64,000 bases of DNA from Eledone cirrhosa. Its lineage: Eukaryota. The notes under the pieces are model-generated. The model was not told the origin of the DNA. It did no database searches and saw nothing but the letters and a program-made list of their open reading frames with translations. Within the stretch, counting starts at the first letter, position 1, and each line of letters opens with the position of its first letter. The DNA is taken from assembly GCA_964016885.1 (NCBI GenBank), contig OZ024743.1, positions 320,292,001 through 320,356,000 of the forward strand. Reading direction: 5' to 3'. Made by a program: the position numbers and the translations under genes. Below, piece after piece: positions 1-12,779 of the stretch.

Positions 1-310
1 ACATATGTCATTGCTGAAAATATGGACAGTGTTAACAAGTACATCCAACTCCTTCTCGCTTTTCCCAAAGAGTTTTAGATCGTCCATGAAGAGGAGGGTG
101 TTGATTGTAAGCTCTCATCTTCCCAGCTTGTATCCTGCTTTCACTTTTCTCAATATGAGGGACAAGGGTATGAGGGTAAGGACAAACAACAAAGGGGACA
201 AACTATCTCCTTGTAAGATACCTATCTTGATCTTCACGCCTCCCAAGGATTCTCGACCTGATGTTAGCTCGGTTTCCCAGGATTTAATACTTTTACTTAA
301 TAGCTGTCTG
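1..310 (-). pseudogene. Non-LTR retrotransposon RT fragment (R4/Dong-like)
   Basis: Minus strand reads IGILQGDSLSPLLFVLTLIPLS...LLFMDDLKLFGKSEKELDVLVNTVHIFSNDI, i.e. RT domains 4-5, with a stop; truncated by the window edge. Confidence 0.75.
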
Positions 311-337
311 ATGTCTTATTATTATTATTATTATTGG

Positions 338-470
338 TCTGAGTTCAAATCCCGCCGAGGTTCACTTTGCCTTTCTTCCTTACGGGGTCGATAAAATAAA
401 GTACCAGTAATGTACTGGGTAATTGCTGGCCTTGTGCCAAAAGTAGAAACAATTATTATTATTATTATTT
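338..470 (+). mobile_element. tRNA-derived SINE, partial
   Basis: B-box-like GAGTTCAAATCC, central ctttgcctttc..ggggtcgataaaataaagtaccagt and (ATT)n tail; related copies at ~9487-9660 and ~39668-39780. Confidence 0.7.
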
Positions 471-784
471 TACCAATAGAGAGAGTCGGTTTCTAACATA
501 GACACAAGACTCTCTCATTGGAATTTACACAACATCAACTAGGTAGATTATGTATGCATGCCTGCATGCATGTGTAGATATGGATGTTATTGTATGTGTG
601 TATGTGTATGTTTTGAGTTGTATGTGTGCATGTGTATATGCTTTGTATCTGTACATGTGTATATGCAGTTATTAGATGCAAAGTTTTTGGTATGTTTTAC
701 ATATTTTTTACTGTTCCATTAATGGATTGTACTTGTAACTTCTTAACTAGTTGTGTTCTTTCTGTTCCTGTGAAGCCTAGCTTC

Positions 785-1643
785 TCAAGATTGGTATTGA
801 GTCATACATCTGAAGGTGTAATCAGGGTGGAGTATCTGCAGATTTCTCATCAGTTCTGCATAAATATTCTCCTTTTCGCTAATCTTTGATATTATATTGG
901 CATTTGCTGGGCAGCTAATTTCCACTACTGTGCTTGCTTTCTTTTCTCTGTCCCATATCATAATATCTGGTCTGTTATGTCTGCATTTTATTGGGGTTTT
1001 TACTGGAACATTCCACCAGTACTCTTTCATATTATGTATATGGATGTCTTCCACATTGCTGTAGCTTTTACTGTGTTTATTATCGGGGCTATCTTTTCTA
1101 TGGATTGTATTGTACAGTCTTTTGTCCACTACATCATGCCTCATAGGTAGATAGTACCACTATGGCATCTTTGGACAGCTGTTGATGACATGGGTGACAT
1201 CTTCGTTGTTAATTCTAGGTGTTTTGCCTGCATCCCTATCACTTTTGTGAATCAGGTATTTTTGTCTTAATTTCCTGTTCTTGGATTGCAAAAGCGTATC
1301 CTTCAAAGTGGGAGCTAATATAGCGATTGTTCGTCCAAGATAGACTACTTTCTTTATCTATATTACTCTCACTCTGGAGCTTCCTGGTAACATATCCATG
1401 CATGAGTTTTTGCTGATAAGCATGCAGTTTTTCATCCCTGGATTCACTGCGATACTGCTGAGCGACTTCCCTGGGTGTGAGTTTTTGATTATCACACAGG
1501 GAATATCTCTCGAGGAGTTCCTTCCCAACTCTCATGATATTATCTGTTTCATGCAGATTGACTTGCTCGAGAGACGTGAAGGTGTGTGGCTTAGTGGATA
1601 GAGTGTTGCATTCGTGAGGTTGCGCAAGATATTCTGTTACCAA
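785..1643 (-). pseudogene. R4/Dong-like LINE C-terminal fragment (zinc knuckle region + restriction-like endonuclease)
   Basis: KLMHGY...FAIQEQEIKT, RHD motif, YWWNVPVKT..HNRPDIMIWD..VVEISCP (PD..D..E RLE motif); split by frameshifts. Confidence 0.8.
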
Positions 1644-1819
1644 TAGATAACTAAACTAATTTTAAATGTTACTCAATGACTCATTTTACAAAATTTAGTA
1701 AATCAATTATACAGTCATATATATATATCTACTGTTTCCCTTTATATACCTCTAATACCCTAAGTATTGAGTACTTTGGTGCGTTATGGTTCACCTGGTT
1801 CCTTACCACATTTCTTCCG

Positions 1820-1872
<53 letters not shown>

Positions 1873-3701
1873 TATATATGTGTGTGTGCGTGTATATGTG
1901 TTTGGGTGTATGTATATATGTATGTAAATATTTATATGCATATATACATGTATGTATATGTAGATGCATTTGTAATTTATATATAAATATATATGCTTGT
2001 GTGTGTGAGTGTATTTCTATGTATATACATATACTAGACAATACAATACAGATTAACAGATAACTAATACATCATCAATTTCTCTACTTTCAGTAACTAT
2101 GGAGCAAATCCCGACAATGCCAGTAAATTAATATAACTGATTTTCTCCTTCGGAACAAAATATTAAACTGCTGACATAGAAAGTCTATTGGCAGATTCTC
2201 ACAAATATATGGGCACACTTCCACCTACACAAACATACCTACGCAAACACACACACAAACATAATACATGCACACACATATACATATATATGCATGTATA
2301 TATATGTATATTGCTTATAAATAAAGTACTGTAGCATTTGAACTTTGGTTTTAGACTATTTATTCTTCTTACTATTTTCATTTACATATTGATTAGATTG
2401 ATAGGCTATGTGGTTGCTATTTGTACCTTTACTCATGGTGTGTGTTGTCAGGAGCTGGTGGCCAATAGTCTAACTGGCAAGGCACGCTTGAGATACTGCC
2501 AAAATATCAGTGTTCGAAATATCCAAGGTAAGGAGTTAGCAAGATCCTAGGGCTCCAAAAGCAGGAAACATGGGCGAAATGAATCGGTATCGTGTTTTGC
2601 ATAATTAGCTATTACCTACAGGTAAACGTCCTTTGCATCCAATTCCTTGTCCATAGAATGTCCTAAGGCGCCTGGTTAATTTTCTCACGTGGGGTAAGAA
2701 GAAAACACTTGCGTACACGCTCTATTCTACAGGGGGATCTTTGGAACATTTACACAGCATCTGCCCCGAAAGGCCATCACCAAATGCTTAATGTTATTGT
2801 TGGAACCATAGCCACTGTCCTCCGTGCCAGAAAACAGTGTCATACCTAAAGGAAATCATTTAGATTTGTCAAAATCGGTGAGAAACCTTGCCATAACGAA
2901 GAACAATGACGAATGTCCAAGTTTCATTGAGTAACACACACTAATAATTTGATGACTACTAGAGAAGCAATTGACACAGCTATAAACGTTATAAAGGACA
3001 AGATGGGTTTATACGTTTATTTTTGTTCTTTGCAAGGAAGAAGCCCATGGAAAAGCAGGAAAGATGAGGTATCATATAGGACGGAATTTGTGCAAAAATA
3101 AAGGCAAATTTAAATTCCAACAGGACAGTGTATAATACATAGATCAACAGAACGAGATGTAGCAAAACTTGAACATGGTGAGACATATGAGGAACCCTGG
3201 TAGGAGCCAACAGACCCAGTACCTCTACCCATCACGGTAACTTGAACCTTCCAGTATAGTTCATCAACAACAGGCCAAGTGGTACCAGCCCACAAGTTAT
3301 ACAGAAGTCACAGCTAAATTCATACAATGGAAGCCAGCATAGAAAGGTTTACCTCTAAAGCAGTGTTTCTCAACATTTTTGACCCCTGGGCTCACTTTTA
3401 GCTCCCTAAAAATGTCCGGGCCCCCTTATTTTACAAGCGTAAACTAGTGATCAAAAACTTTTTCGGACTATAACCCCGACATGATATATATATGCTTCTC
3501 AATGTTTTTGTTGTCCCGGCCCACTTTACTCCCTAGAAATTGCCAGAGTCAGTGCTCAAAAAGCATTCTGGAACACTTACCCCCATATGATCCCGACTGC
3601 ATTTAAATTTCACGAGTGAAAAACACGAATTCTTGATAAAAAGTCAATAAAAAATAAGAAACAATTTAATGGTCGTTTTAGCAATGCTCAAATGCTCAGT
3701 G

Positions 3702-5530
3702 CTAGTGGCTGCACTGCTCCTGATGACTTTCAACAAGACTGTCGATTTGGACTTCAAAGGATTGGTTCAATTTGAGCCGCAAATCTCCCCGGTTGATGGT
3801 TTGAAGAAGGTTTCTTTTTCTCAAAAAAATATCATTTAGCGTGGAAAAACCAGATTCAGCAAGCCACGTTGTAGGAAAAGAGAGAATAAAAGGAAAGGCT
3901 TGATCATAAAGGTTTGGAAATATTTTTTCAACATTAAGCCAGCCGAGAAGGCCCTCGCGTTCCATTTTCCCTATCAATAGCGCATTCTCTTTGAGTTCCA
4001 GCAAGTTGACTGCAAGATTAGGATCCAGAGTTTCGTCGCTAATAACATCAACGTTTTGAATGTCCAACAGCCACTGCGGGGTCTTCATGTCCAGTATATC
4101 ATGAAATCGTCGTTTGAAATCAGTTTGTAAATTTCTTATGTGGTCGACGCAACTGATCAAAACGGCGTCAGAAGGTGTCGTTTTGGAGAGATTTGGAAAG
4201 CATGCGAATTCACGTCTCTGCAGATGATTGGACCATAAACAATGCTTAGAGATGACGGATCGAATTTTTTCCGTACAATACACTATTGTAGTCGCACGGC
4301 CTTGAAGGGTCTTGTTTAATGAACTAATGTGTGCAAAAATATCAGACAGATAAAAAATGTTGGTCTTGGTATCGTTGTGGCTTAATTTTTCGACTAGGAG
4401 GCCTGCTCTTTCTCGTTGAATTCGTCTGCATGCCTCAGTCACCATTCGCTGTATGAATAGAAAAAGCGGATCCCATAATTTTACGAGACGATTTAGCGAG
4501 TTTCCCTTGGAAAGCCAGCGGTATGTAAAACCTCGGTATGTAAAAGAAGTGCACGATGTTCTTCATTTTCACACAGTTCTGAAAACAATCGTTCGTAGAC
4601 ACCATTCGCTTTTACGAAGTTAATGCTTGAAATAGCAACTTGAAGTGCATGCTCCATGTCGCTACTTAGGCATTTGGCTGCAAGGTGTTGATGGTGAATG
4701 ATGCAGTGTATGGATAAGACGTGCGGTGCGACTTTCTTAAGTTTTGCAATGAATCCATTATGTACACCCGTCATAGCATTTGCACCGTCTGTGGAAATCT
4801 GAAGTAGATTAGAAAGTGGGATGTTTTTTTCTTCAAAATATTCATACACTGATGCAAAAATGGATTCGCTTTTTGTGTCTTTCAATGATTTCATAAAAAG
4901 CATTTCTTCACGAATACACGTTCCCTCAATGAACCGAACATAAGCAAGAAGAAATGCACAGTTATGAAGAGTCGTTTCATCAATTTTGAGAGAAAATTTG
5001 AGTACTCGAAGCTTCTCCACCAGCTGATTTTCAATATCTGCTGCCATTTCATCCTGTCTGCGTTTGATTGTATCGTTGGAAAGTGGAATTTTCGATAAAA
5101 TATTGGCGGATTCTTCTCCCAGCATTTCCTTTGCACACGCAAGCATGGCCGGTTTTACCAGGAGTTCGGCGATCGTGTGAGGTTTACATACCTTTGCGAG
5201 CATTTCACTTACGATATAACTTGATTTAAGTGCCTTTTTATTAACATCGTTCTTTTTTCGCATGAACATCTGCATCGGAAGTTGTGACTTTCTTCTGTGT
5301 GTTTCCAACTTATTCTTAAAATATTCAACACTTCTTCCAACGGACGTCGGGTGTGCAGCTTTTTGATGCGGTAATAACTTTGACTTCTTCATGGAATCAA
5401 TTGTCATTAACTTTCCACACTCCACACATTCGGGCCTATCGGAATCGATTTCTGATGGTGCAAAGCCGAGATGTAGAAAGTCTGCATTATAGCTCCTAGT
5501 AAACGGTCGTTTGGTAGAATTCGATGACAT
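3702..5530 (-). pseudogene. hAT-Buster transposase, frameshifted
   Basis: BED-type CVEC..HQKAAH, LSNDTIKRR, IDETT, STDGANAMTG, HCIIH, LLLHTEV/RWLSKG, FPTTWLAESGFS; ORFs 4493-5575 and 3702-4445, broken by an 8-nt insertion near 4512-4520. Confidence 0.9.
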
Positions 5531-6090
5531 GATCCTGACAAAATTAGATAAAACTAAAACGAAAGAAAACGGCAAAAAGTTGAGTACGGCAAAAAGGCTG
5601 GTAGTTGTTAGATATCATGGCAAATTAACAATTTGGTTTTGCGAGCCCTTTTCATGTATGTCATATTGTTTAAGCAGCCGGGTGGTTCAAAGCAGGCTCA
5701 ATCTGAACGAATCATTTTATTCTGAAGATATAAGTGCTTACAACTTGGCCAACAAAAGCGTTGACGGACCAAATTTTATTTGTGGAACTGTGATTCTAGA
5801 CGCGATTACCGCGTACCAAAAAGCTATATAAATTGCTTAAAAAGGTACAAATTAATGTAATAGCATATTCTTTCTTTGTAAAATGCATGTTTACTAATAG
5901 TGTACATACGTTTGGCCCACTCTGTATGTTGCCTTAATGACATTAAAAATGTGGAACAACTTTATTATACAAGAAAAAAGTCATTGTTCGCTTTTAACAT
6001 AAATAATAACAATAAAAAGGTTGGAAATTGTTTATAGAAAACAGCATACTCACCTAGTAAAGACTGCAAAACAGATCCACAAGACAAAAT

Positions 6091-6465
6091 GGGTGCAGAA
6101 TTAATTTCGCCACTGAATTAATTTCGCCACATAATTAATTTCGCCACTGAAATAATTTCGCCACTGAAATAATTTCGCTCGGTGAACCCCAAACAAAGTT
6201 ACTCCCCTTGTTTATAACCGCAAAGTGACTAAATATTAAAACAAATGTAATATATTTTTGGGGGTTAGGGTTAGGGTTATGGTTGAGTTAGGGTTGGATT
6301 AGGGTTAGGGTTATTTTTTAGGGTTAGGGTTGGGTTAGGGTTAGGGTTCAATTAAAAAATAACCCTAACCGTAAATATATTACATTTGTTTTAGTCACTT
6401 TACTGATATAAACAACGGGAGTAACTTTCGTTGGGGTTCACCGGGCGAAATTAATTCAGTAACCC
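6091..6465. mobile_element. Non-autonomous foldback element (MULE-like MITE) nested in the hAT
   Basis: Ends GGGTGCAGAATTAATTTCGCC and GGCGAAATTAATTCAGTAACCC, long imperfect inverted arms, tandem AATTTCGCCAC subrepeats, 10-bp TSD AAGACAAAAT/AAGACGAAAT. Confidence 0.75.
6262..6348 (+). repeat. Degenerate (TTAGGG)n telomere-like tract forming the core of the MITE
   Basis: Repeated ggttagggttaggg units between the inverted arms. Confidence 0.85.
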
Positions 6466-7199
6466 AAGACGAAATGTAAAAACCTCAACTCAATTCCATT
6501 TCTATTGCACCCACATTTATAGCGTCCGAGATTTCAGGAACAGACATGACTTGAGTACGCACAGGTGTGCATGAATGTGCAAGAACGTACACATATGCAG
6601 GTATCTGCGTTATTGCACCCCAAACAATGCAGGTCAGCTTAAGTCATGTGATTTTATCACAGAACATTCAGACTTAAAAAAGAGTTTGTCATTTTGTATG
6701 ATCTCAAGTTCAAAGAAAGTTGAAAAAATTTCCAGGCCCACTGAAATTTCTCCGGGCCCACTCAAAATTGTCCCGGGCCCACTGAGTGGGCCCTTGGCCC
6801 ACCGTTGCGAACCACTGCTCTAAAGGTTTGACTACGTTGAAAAATATAACGCCAAGCCCAGAGCGTAACTCAAATTCAAGGCTCCGCAACATTCTAGCGA
6901 GAAGGCTTAGGACACTTTGTAACGCAGATGGAGAGAGATTGAAAGTGTGTGGGAGAGAGGGAGAGTGAGATATGAAAAAGATAGAAAGTGAGGGCGAGAG
7001 AGAAGAAGGATTCAAGAGGCGAACTACGTTCATTGTCAATCTTATTGCTTTTAACAAATAATTGGAAACAGACGAAATGGTCGTCTCATGTGCTCTAGAG
7101 AAGAAACAAATCATGTCCCCCGTGCTACCCTGAGTGATCCGTTGAGTTGGCAGGCATTTAAACCTAAGAACATTCTCATACACCTATTTCTTTAACAAC

Positions 7200-8200
7200 A
7201 TATTTCAATATGCGGGATCCGAGTCTGAATGAGGTGGAATGATTCATCAAGAGGGTACATTCAGCCTTCGCCATAAGCCCGTGGTATAGCCTACGTTGTT
7301 TACAAGTGTTGGTCAGAACTACTCAAACACTTATGGAAAACCTTGAAGGTGATATTGCAGAAAGCGAGAGTAGCGTGGCAATGGCGGCTGATTAAATGAG
7401 TTCCGCACACCTAAGTGGCAACGCTATTGTTCTAGGATTGGATCTAGCTAATGCATATGGGCCATTACAACACATACTACTTGAGCTTATAATGCATAAC
7501 TACCATTGCAAAGCACAACCCTGTTTCGAATAGGATCACACACCAGATCTTCGAATATTACATTCATTTTAAGTAAAGGGTCATTTCTGGGTCAGTAATT
7601 ATAAACAGGAACCGATTTTAGCAAGGAACTATAGCATGCTGTCCCATCTCAGTTGTTCAATTTGCTTTTGCCATAAACATAGTGGTCATGCCAATCGAAG
7701 TGGAGAACAGAATTCTTCTGGCCAAGTAAGGAGTATGTCAGATTGTTAGAACATTTATGGATGAGCTGACCATCATAACATGCTCGGTTTAAAACAATAG
7801 GTGAATTCTGCAGGATCTTCAGAAGCTCATCACAAAGACAAGGTTGTTTATGGCAGAAAGGTTTGTTTATAGCATTTAAGAGCAACTAATCAGGATTTTG
7901 AGGGAAGATTTCTTTTTATTTAACACTAACAGACTTTGTGACTATTAAATTGTTAGGAAAGGCCTTGAATATTGAGTTACAAGGATTGTAGAATCAGGCC
8001 TGTCTGGAAGATAATTTAAGATCTAGTTTTACTAACATTACAATCTGCTCCGTGTCAGATAGCTTCTGTTTATTTACATATCTCTCTTTAACAACATTGA
8101 TGTTCCTTGAATGGGATATCTGCAGGCTTCCATGCAGTTAGCTGGGCTTTCTACACAGCATCAGTTGGCACATACAAGAAAAATACTGTAATCTTTAGCT
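7200..8200 (+). pseudogene. Highly decayed RLE-class (HERO/R2/NeSL-like) RT remnant
   Basis: Fragments LDLANAYGPL (~7440), CPISVVQFAF (~7640), RTFMDEL (~7750); many stops; possibly continuous with ~2450-3360 left of the hAT. Confidence 0.5.
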
Positions 8201-8201
8201 T

Positions 8202-8985
8202 CTAGGACCGAGCGCATGATACTGAACGGCTGTGACATGACCGTTCACCTTCACAACTGAGCAGATGTCGCTGTGCATCGCAGCGATCCAACCCCTGAAA
8301 ATGGGCACGAAACCAGTCGCATTGAGGACCGCCGCCAGGTACCGATGGTCGACCCTTAGATTGATCTAAGTTGATCAGGGCCCCACCCGTGCCAGGTTCC
8401 TTAACCACCCTCTCTATGATGTATCGCATGTGGTGGAGGTTGTCGTGGATAGATATGTGTGGAATGGCGCATGTCTGTGCATTTCCTACCAGATTACCGA
8501 CGACAAGCGCCAATCTCGTTGCCAACACCTTGGCCAAAATTCTTGAAATCTTGAAATCTGAAGTTGTCTATAACATCCCCTTTGTTCGGGTCTTTTCTCA
8601 ACAGCGCCGCCGATTCCCGGCTCACAAAACTGGGAATGCTCCCGTTCTGCTGCCAGTTGCTGTAGACGTCTACGAATAGGTCGCCGAACAAGTCTGGCAT
8701 GTACGCATAAAGCTCGTAGGGCAGACCATCCCCCCTCGGGCAGTCAGACATCGCTTCCCCTATTTCACCTGCTGTTATCGGCTTTTCTCAATACTGCACT
8801 GCGGTCGTCGAGAGCTGCGACAGTCCCTCGACGTATGCAGTGAAGTTCATACTCCGATCCGGCCCGCCGCCGCTCCCAAACAGTTGAGCAAAGCGCTGCT
8901 GAAAAGCCTCACACATCTGCTCGGGTTCGAGTAACATGTACCCGTTTTGGTCAGCCAAGAATTGAATTGTGGCTTTGTTGCCACG
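8202..8985 (-). pseudogene. L1/Tx1-like LINE RT fragment
   Basis: PRGDGLPYELY, AKVLATRL..AQTCAIP..IHDNLH..GALINLDQSK; frameshifted. Confidence 0.8.
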
Positions 8986-10130
8986 TCTAGAAAGAGTTTC
9001 TAGAGTCTCAGCTAATAAAAATATATTTGATAACAAAGCTGAATACTATAACGACGCTTTACACTGAGCTGGATACACTAATACATTGAACTATATAGAC
9101 AGAAATATTAAAAACCCACATGCTAAAGTATATTGTAAAAAAACGAAAATAAACCACCTAACCAAAATAGTAAACCATATCAGAAAGCCAGAACCCGTTC
9201 TATAATTTGGTATTCACCTCCAATATCTTTAGGAATTAAGACATCTTTAACACATCAATTCTTTAGGGCTCTAGATGAATGTTTTCCTAAATCCCACAAA
9301 TACCATTCCATTTTTAACAGACATACATTCAAGCTCTCTTACTATGAATCTAACCCAGAATATAGCAAAAATTAATAATAGAAATATAAAAATAAACCAA
9401 ACTGAAATAAACCAAAATAGCAATAATAATATAATTAATAACATTAGCTATAATAATAATAACGTATACCTTAATAATTGTTTATACTTTTGGCACAAGG
9501 CCAGCACATAACCAGTACATTACTGGTACTTTATTTTATCAACCCCATAATGATGAAAGGCAAAGTTAACCACGGCGGGATTTGAACTCAGAATGGCAAG
9601 GGTCGTAACCCTATGCGTCAAAACATGGCGTCCGATCTTCTACTGCCAATCCACCGCTGTATACCTTAATAATGATACTACATCTTCAAATAATATAAGA
9701 AAATGTAATTGCAGAAATATCTCATGCCCACTCATTGCTTAGATACTAATTTAGTATATAAATGCACGATGAAAACTAACGATAAACTGTATAATTATAT
9801 AGGTGCCACTTAATGAAAATTTAAAGACGCTGATATAATCACAAAGATACTTTCGAACGCCCTGATAAGAAATTCTCAACTTCACTGTCTCAACTAATTT
9901 GGTCTTTAAAAGACAATAACATTAAGTATTCAATCTCTTGGAATAAAATCAGGTTGGTCCAGTATACCAAAATTCTTCAATTTCGAAAATTTGTCAGCTT
10001 TGTACCGAAGAAATCTTTCATATAATTACCAATCCTGGTAATATTATTAACAAAAAGAAAGAATATTTAATTCTTGTTTGCATAAATTTTCCAAAACCTT
10101 TCATAATCTCTATAAATGCTCTTTAACCAC
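8986..10130 (+). pseudogene. Penelope-like element 3' fragment (RT thumb/linker + GIY-YIG), decayed
   Basis: RVSRVSANKNIFDNKAEYYNDAL, IIWYSPP, CNCRN, NYIG motifs; interrupted by a SINE; followed by a hammerhead. Confidence 0.75.
9487..9660 (-). mobile_element. SINE inserted in the Penelope fragment
   Basis: Reverse-complement similarity to the SINE at 338-470 (ggcacaaggccagc, tactggtactttattttatc, gatttgaactc). Confidence 0.7.
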
Positions 10131-10353
10131 TTAACCAATTATATGATGCTCTGAAATCTGATGTAAGTTGTGTATTTACAATATAAATAATATAATAATA
10201 ATTATAAAACCTAATAAATCGAAGCATATCTTATTCAATGTTTATCGAAAACGAACCTTGAATGCAATACTTATAACCTTATACAACTTCAGTCTGCCAA
10301 TACTGGAATTGAACCATCAAGACAGTTGAGGTATGTCACACATCAATTCATGT

Positions 10354-10418
10354 ATTTTATCTGACGAGGACGTACTGAAAAAACAGCACAGTACCTCCGA
10401 AATATATATAATAAAACA
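10354..10418 (+). ncRNA. Type I hammerhead ribozyme 3' of the Penelope fragment
   Basis: ttttat-CTGACGA-ggacgtactg..cagtacctcc-GAAA-tatata-TA-ataaaa; stems I and II and a palindromic stem III. Confidence 0.8.
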
Positions 10419-10559
10419 TATATTTTGATTATGTGAACGTCTTCATTTATTAATATTTTGAATAATATAAATAACTTCAGAAAACGTCCTTGTAGAGTAC
10501 TTTTAATCTATTGTAAAACTACATTCATTGAGTAATCAATGAACCATATTAATCTTTGG

Positions 10560-10624
<65 letters not shown>

Positions 10625-10653
10625 TTATGTAATAAACAACATAAGATAATTAT

Positions 10654-10714
10654 TTCATATACCAGGGGTTTCTTAAAGGCTGTTGTTGTGTCTGTCTTCA
10701 GTCGTCAGAATGAA
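10654..10714 (-). ncRNA. Hammerhead ribozyme, 'ctgacgactgaa' family
   Basis: Reverse complement ttcatt-CTGACGA-ctgaag..cctttaa-GAAA-cccctgg-TA-tatgaa; relatives at 19929, 33912, 37449, 51669. Confidence 0.65.
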
Positions 10715-11149
10715 TAAATAACATGTTGTTTCTATTAAATATGGATTTGTAAACAAAATTTAGGAAATATGAAAGTGAGCCTGAAAAAAAAAACGGGCAA
10801 AAAGGAAATAGGGGAAAAAATATAAAAAATATATATAAAAATATATATATCCAGAACATAAACATACACACACTCAACTACGCGATTATACGTAATAGTA
10901 CGTAGACGTATACTTTCTCAATTAAGCGTATTTGCGTCTACATAGAAATACGAACAGGAATATAAATACATACACAAATATATACACAGATATATATGCA
11001 CTCAAAAATTTACACACAAATACACACGCACACATATAAAAATGGAGTGTACACACACATATAAACATACATACAAACACAAAAACACATAAACAAAAAG
11101 GTCTATACATACGCGAACGTGTATATACACATACACATATATCTATATC

Positions 11150-11185
<36 letters not shown>

Positions 11186-11234
11186 TACATACCCACACAC
11201 ACATATATACAAGCATACACACACACTCATACAC

Positions 11235-11467
<233 letters not shown>

Positions 11468-11543
11468 TACCCACTCTACTACCTCAAGTATTGAGTACTT
11501 TGGTGCGTTATGGTCCACCTGGTTCCTTACCACCTTTCCTACG

Positions 11544-11607
<64 letters not shown>

Positions 11608-11948
11608 GTATATACACATACATACACATACATGCACTAGCACGTATCAATATGTGCGAGTAATTTGGAAGTAGTTTAGAAACAGAAATAACTAACTAAA
11701 TAAATAAGAACAAAAAATAAAAAATAAAAAATATATATATATATAAGAAAATCAAAACCAAAATCAAAATCAAAATAAAATCAAAAAGGGAACGTGCTGA
11801 CAACGAAAGGTGTGAGTGTGTGGGGGAGGAGGGGGGGGAATAAATAAAAACAACTTAAAAATAAACAAATACACACGATATGCATATATACAGATATATA
11901 TATACATATAATAAAGAGGAATTAAAAGATGGTTAAAAGAGTTCCATA

Positions 11949-12018
11949 TATTTTATTATGCGTATTTCGAATACAAAATTATCATGGGACAAAAATTGTG
12001 TTCTCATGAGATAAAATA
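11949..12018 (-). ncRNA. Hammerhead ribozyme with mutated core (CTCATGA); mirror of the intact copy at 63131-63200
   Basis: Reverse complement tattttat-CTCATGA-gaacac..gtattc-GAAA-tacgca-TA-ataaaata. Confidence 0.6.
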
Positions 12019-12779
12019 AGGTAACATGATAAGAGGCATAATAACACTTGTTTACAGGAAAGTGCTAAGTCTACATATGACAGAATTATAAGTACTAAAA
12101 CTATAGTAAGAAATAGATAGGAAAATAGAAGAAAGGAAAGAAGAGGAGAAAAAAGAAAAGGAAGAGAAGAAAAGAAAGGAAAAAAAGAAGAAAAAAGGAA
12201 GAAAGAGAAAGAGAGAGAGATATATTTTGATCAGGAACGCTGTTAAAATGGAAACAGCTGTAAATAGCGGTTAAAAAGTAAATATGTGCGAATATTATAG
12301 ACGGTATTCAAATGTTAGGGGCCTAAATATAGAAACTGGGTATATTATTTTATATTGGGTTTAAATACTAAAAATTGGATTAAGAAGTGTAAAAATGTAT
12401 TAATAAAATAAAATAAAATAAAACAAATATAAAAAAAGGGATTTTCATAAAATAAAATAGAAATAAAAATCGTCTGTCTATGCCAAAATTAATAATTTCT
12501 AGTAAAAATATATATATATGTGGGGTATACTATTTAATTTTTATTTTATATCAACAAGTAAATAAAGGAAATTGCCAGAAAGATTTATAAACGTAGAAAA
12601 ACATATAACGTCATAATTTGTTTACAAAATCTACGAAGGTTTGAGCGAAAATCTGAGGCTATAGAAAAAAAGATCAAACCAAATTCATACATTGTAGAAT
12701 ATAATGAAAGATGTGTAAAGATAACCGTGACACATGGCATATGTTAAAGGACATCAGCTGTATACTTTGTGAAAGGTGT

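Larger units (their letters stand above)
3361..6817 (-). mobile_element. hAT (Buster/Charlie-type) DNA transposon with both ends intact
   Basis: TIRs CAGTGTTTCTCAAC (3361) and GTTGCGAACCACTG (ends 6817); perfect 8-bp TSD CTCTAAAG (3353-3360, 6818-6825) with the central TA typical of Buster elements. Confidence 0.93.

Noticed and set aside
6262-6348. True telomere or chromosome fusion site
   Set aside because: Short, degenerate and enclosed by TIRs and a TSD within a transposon
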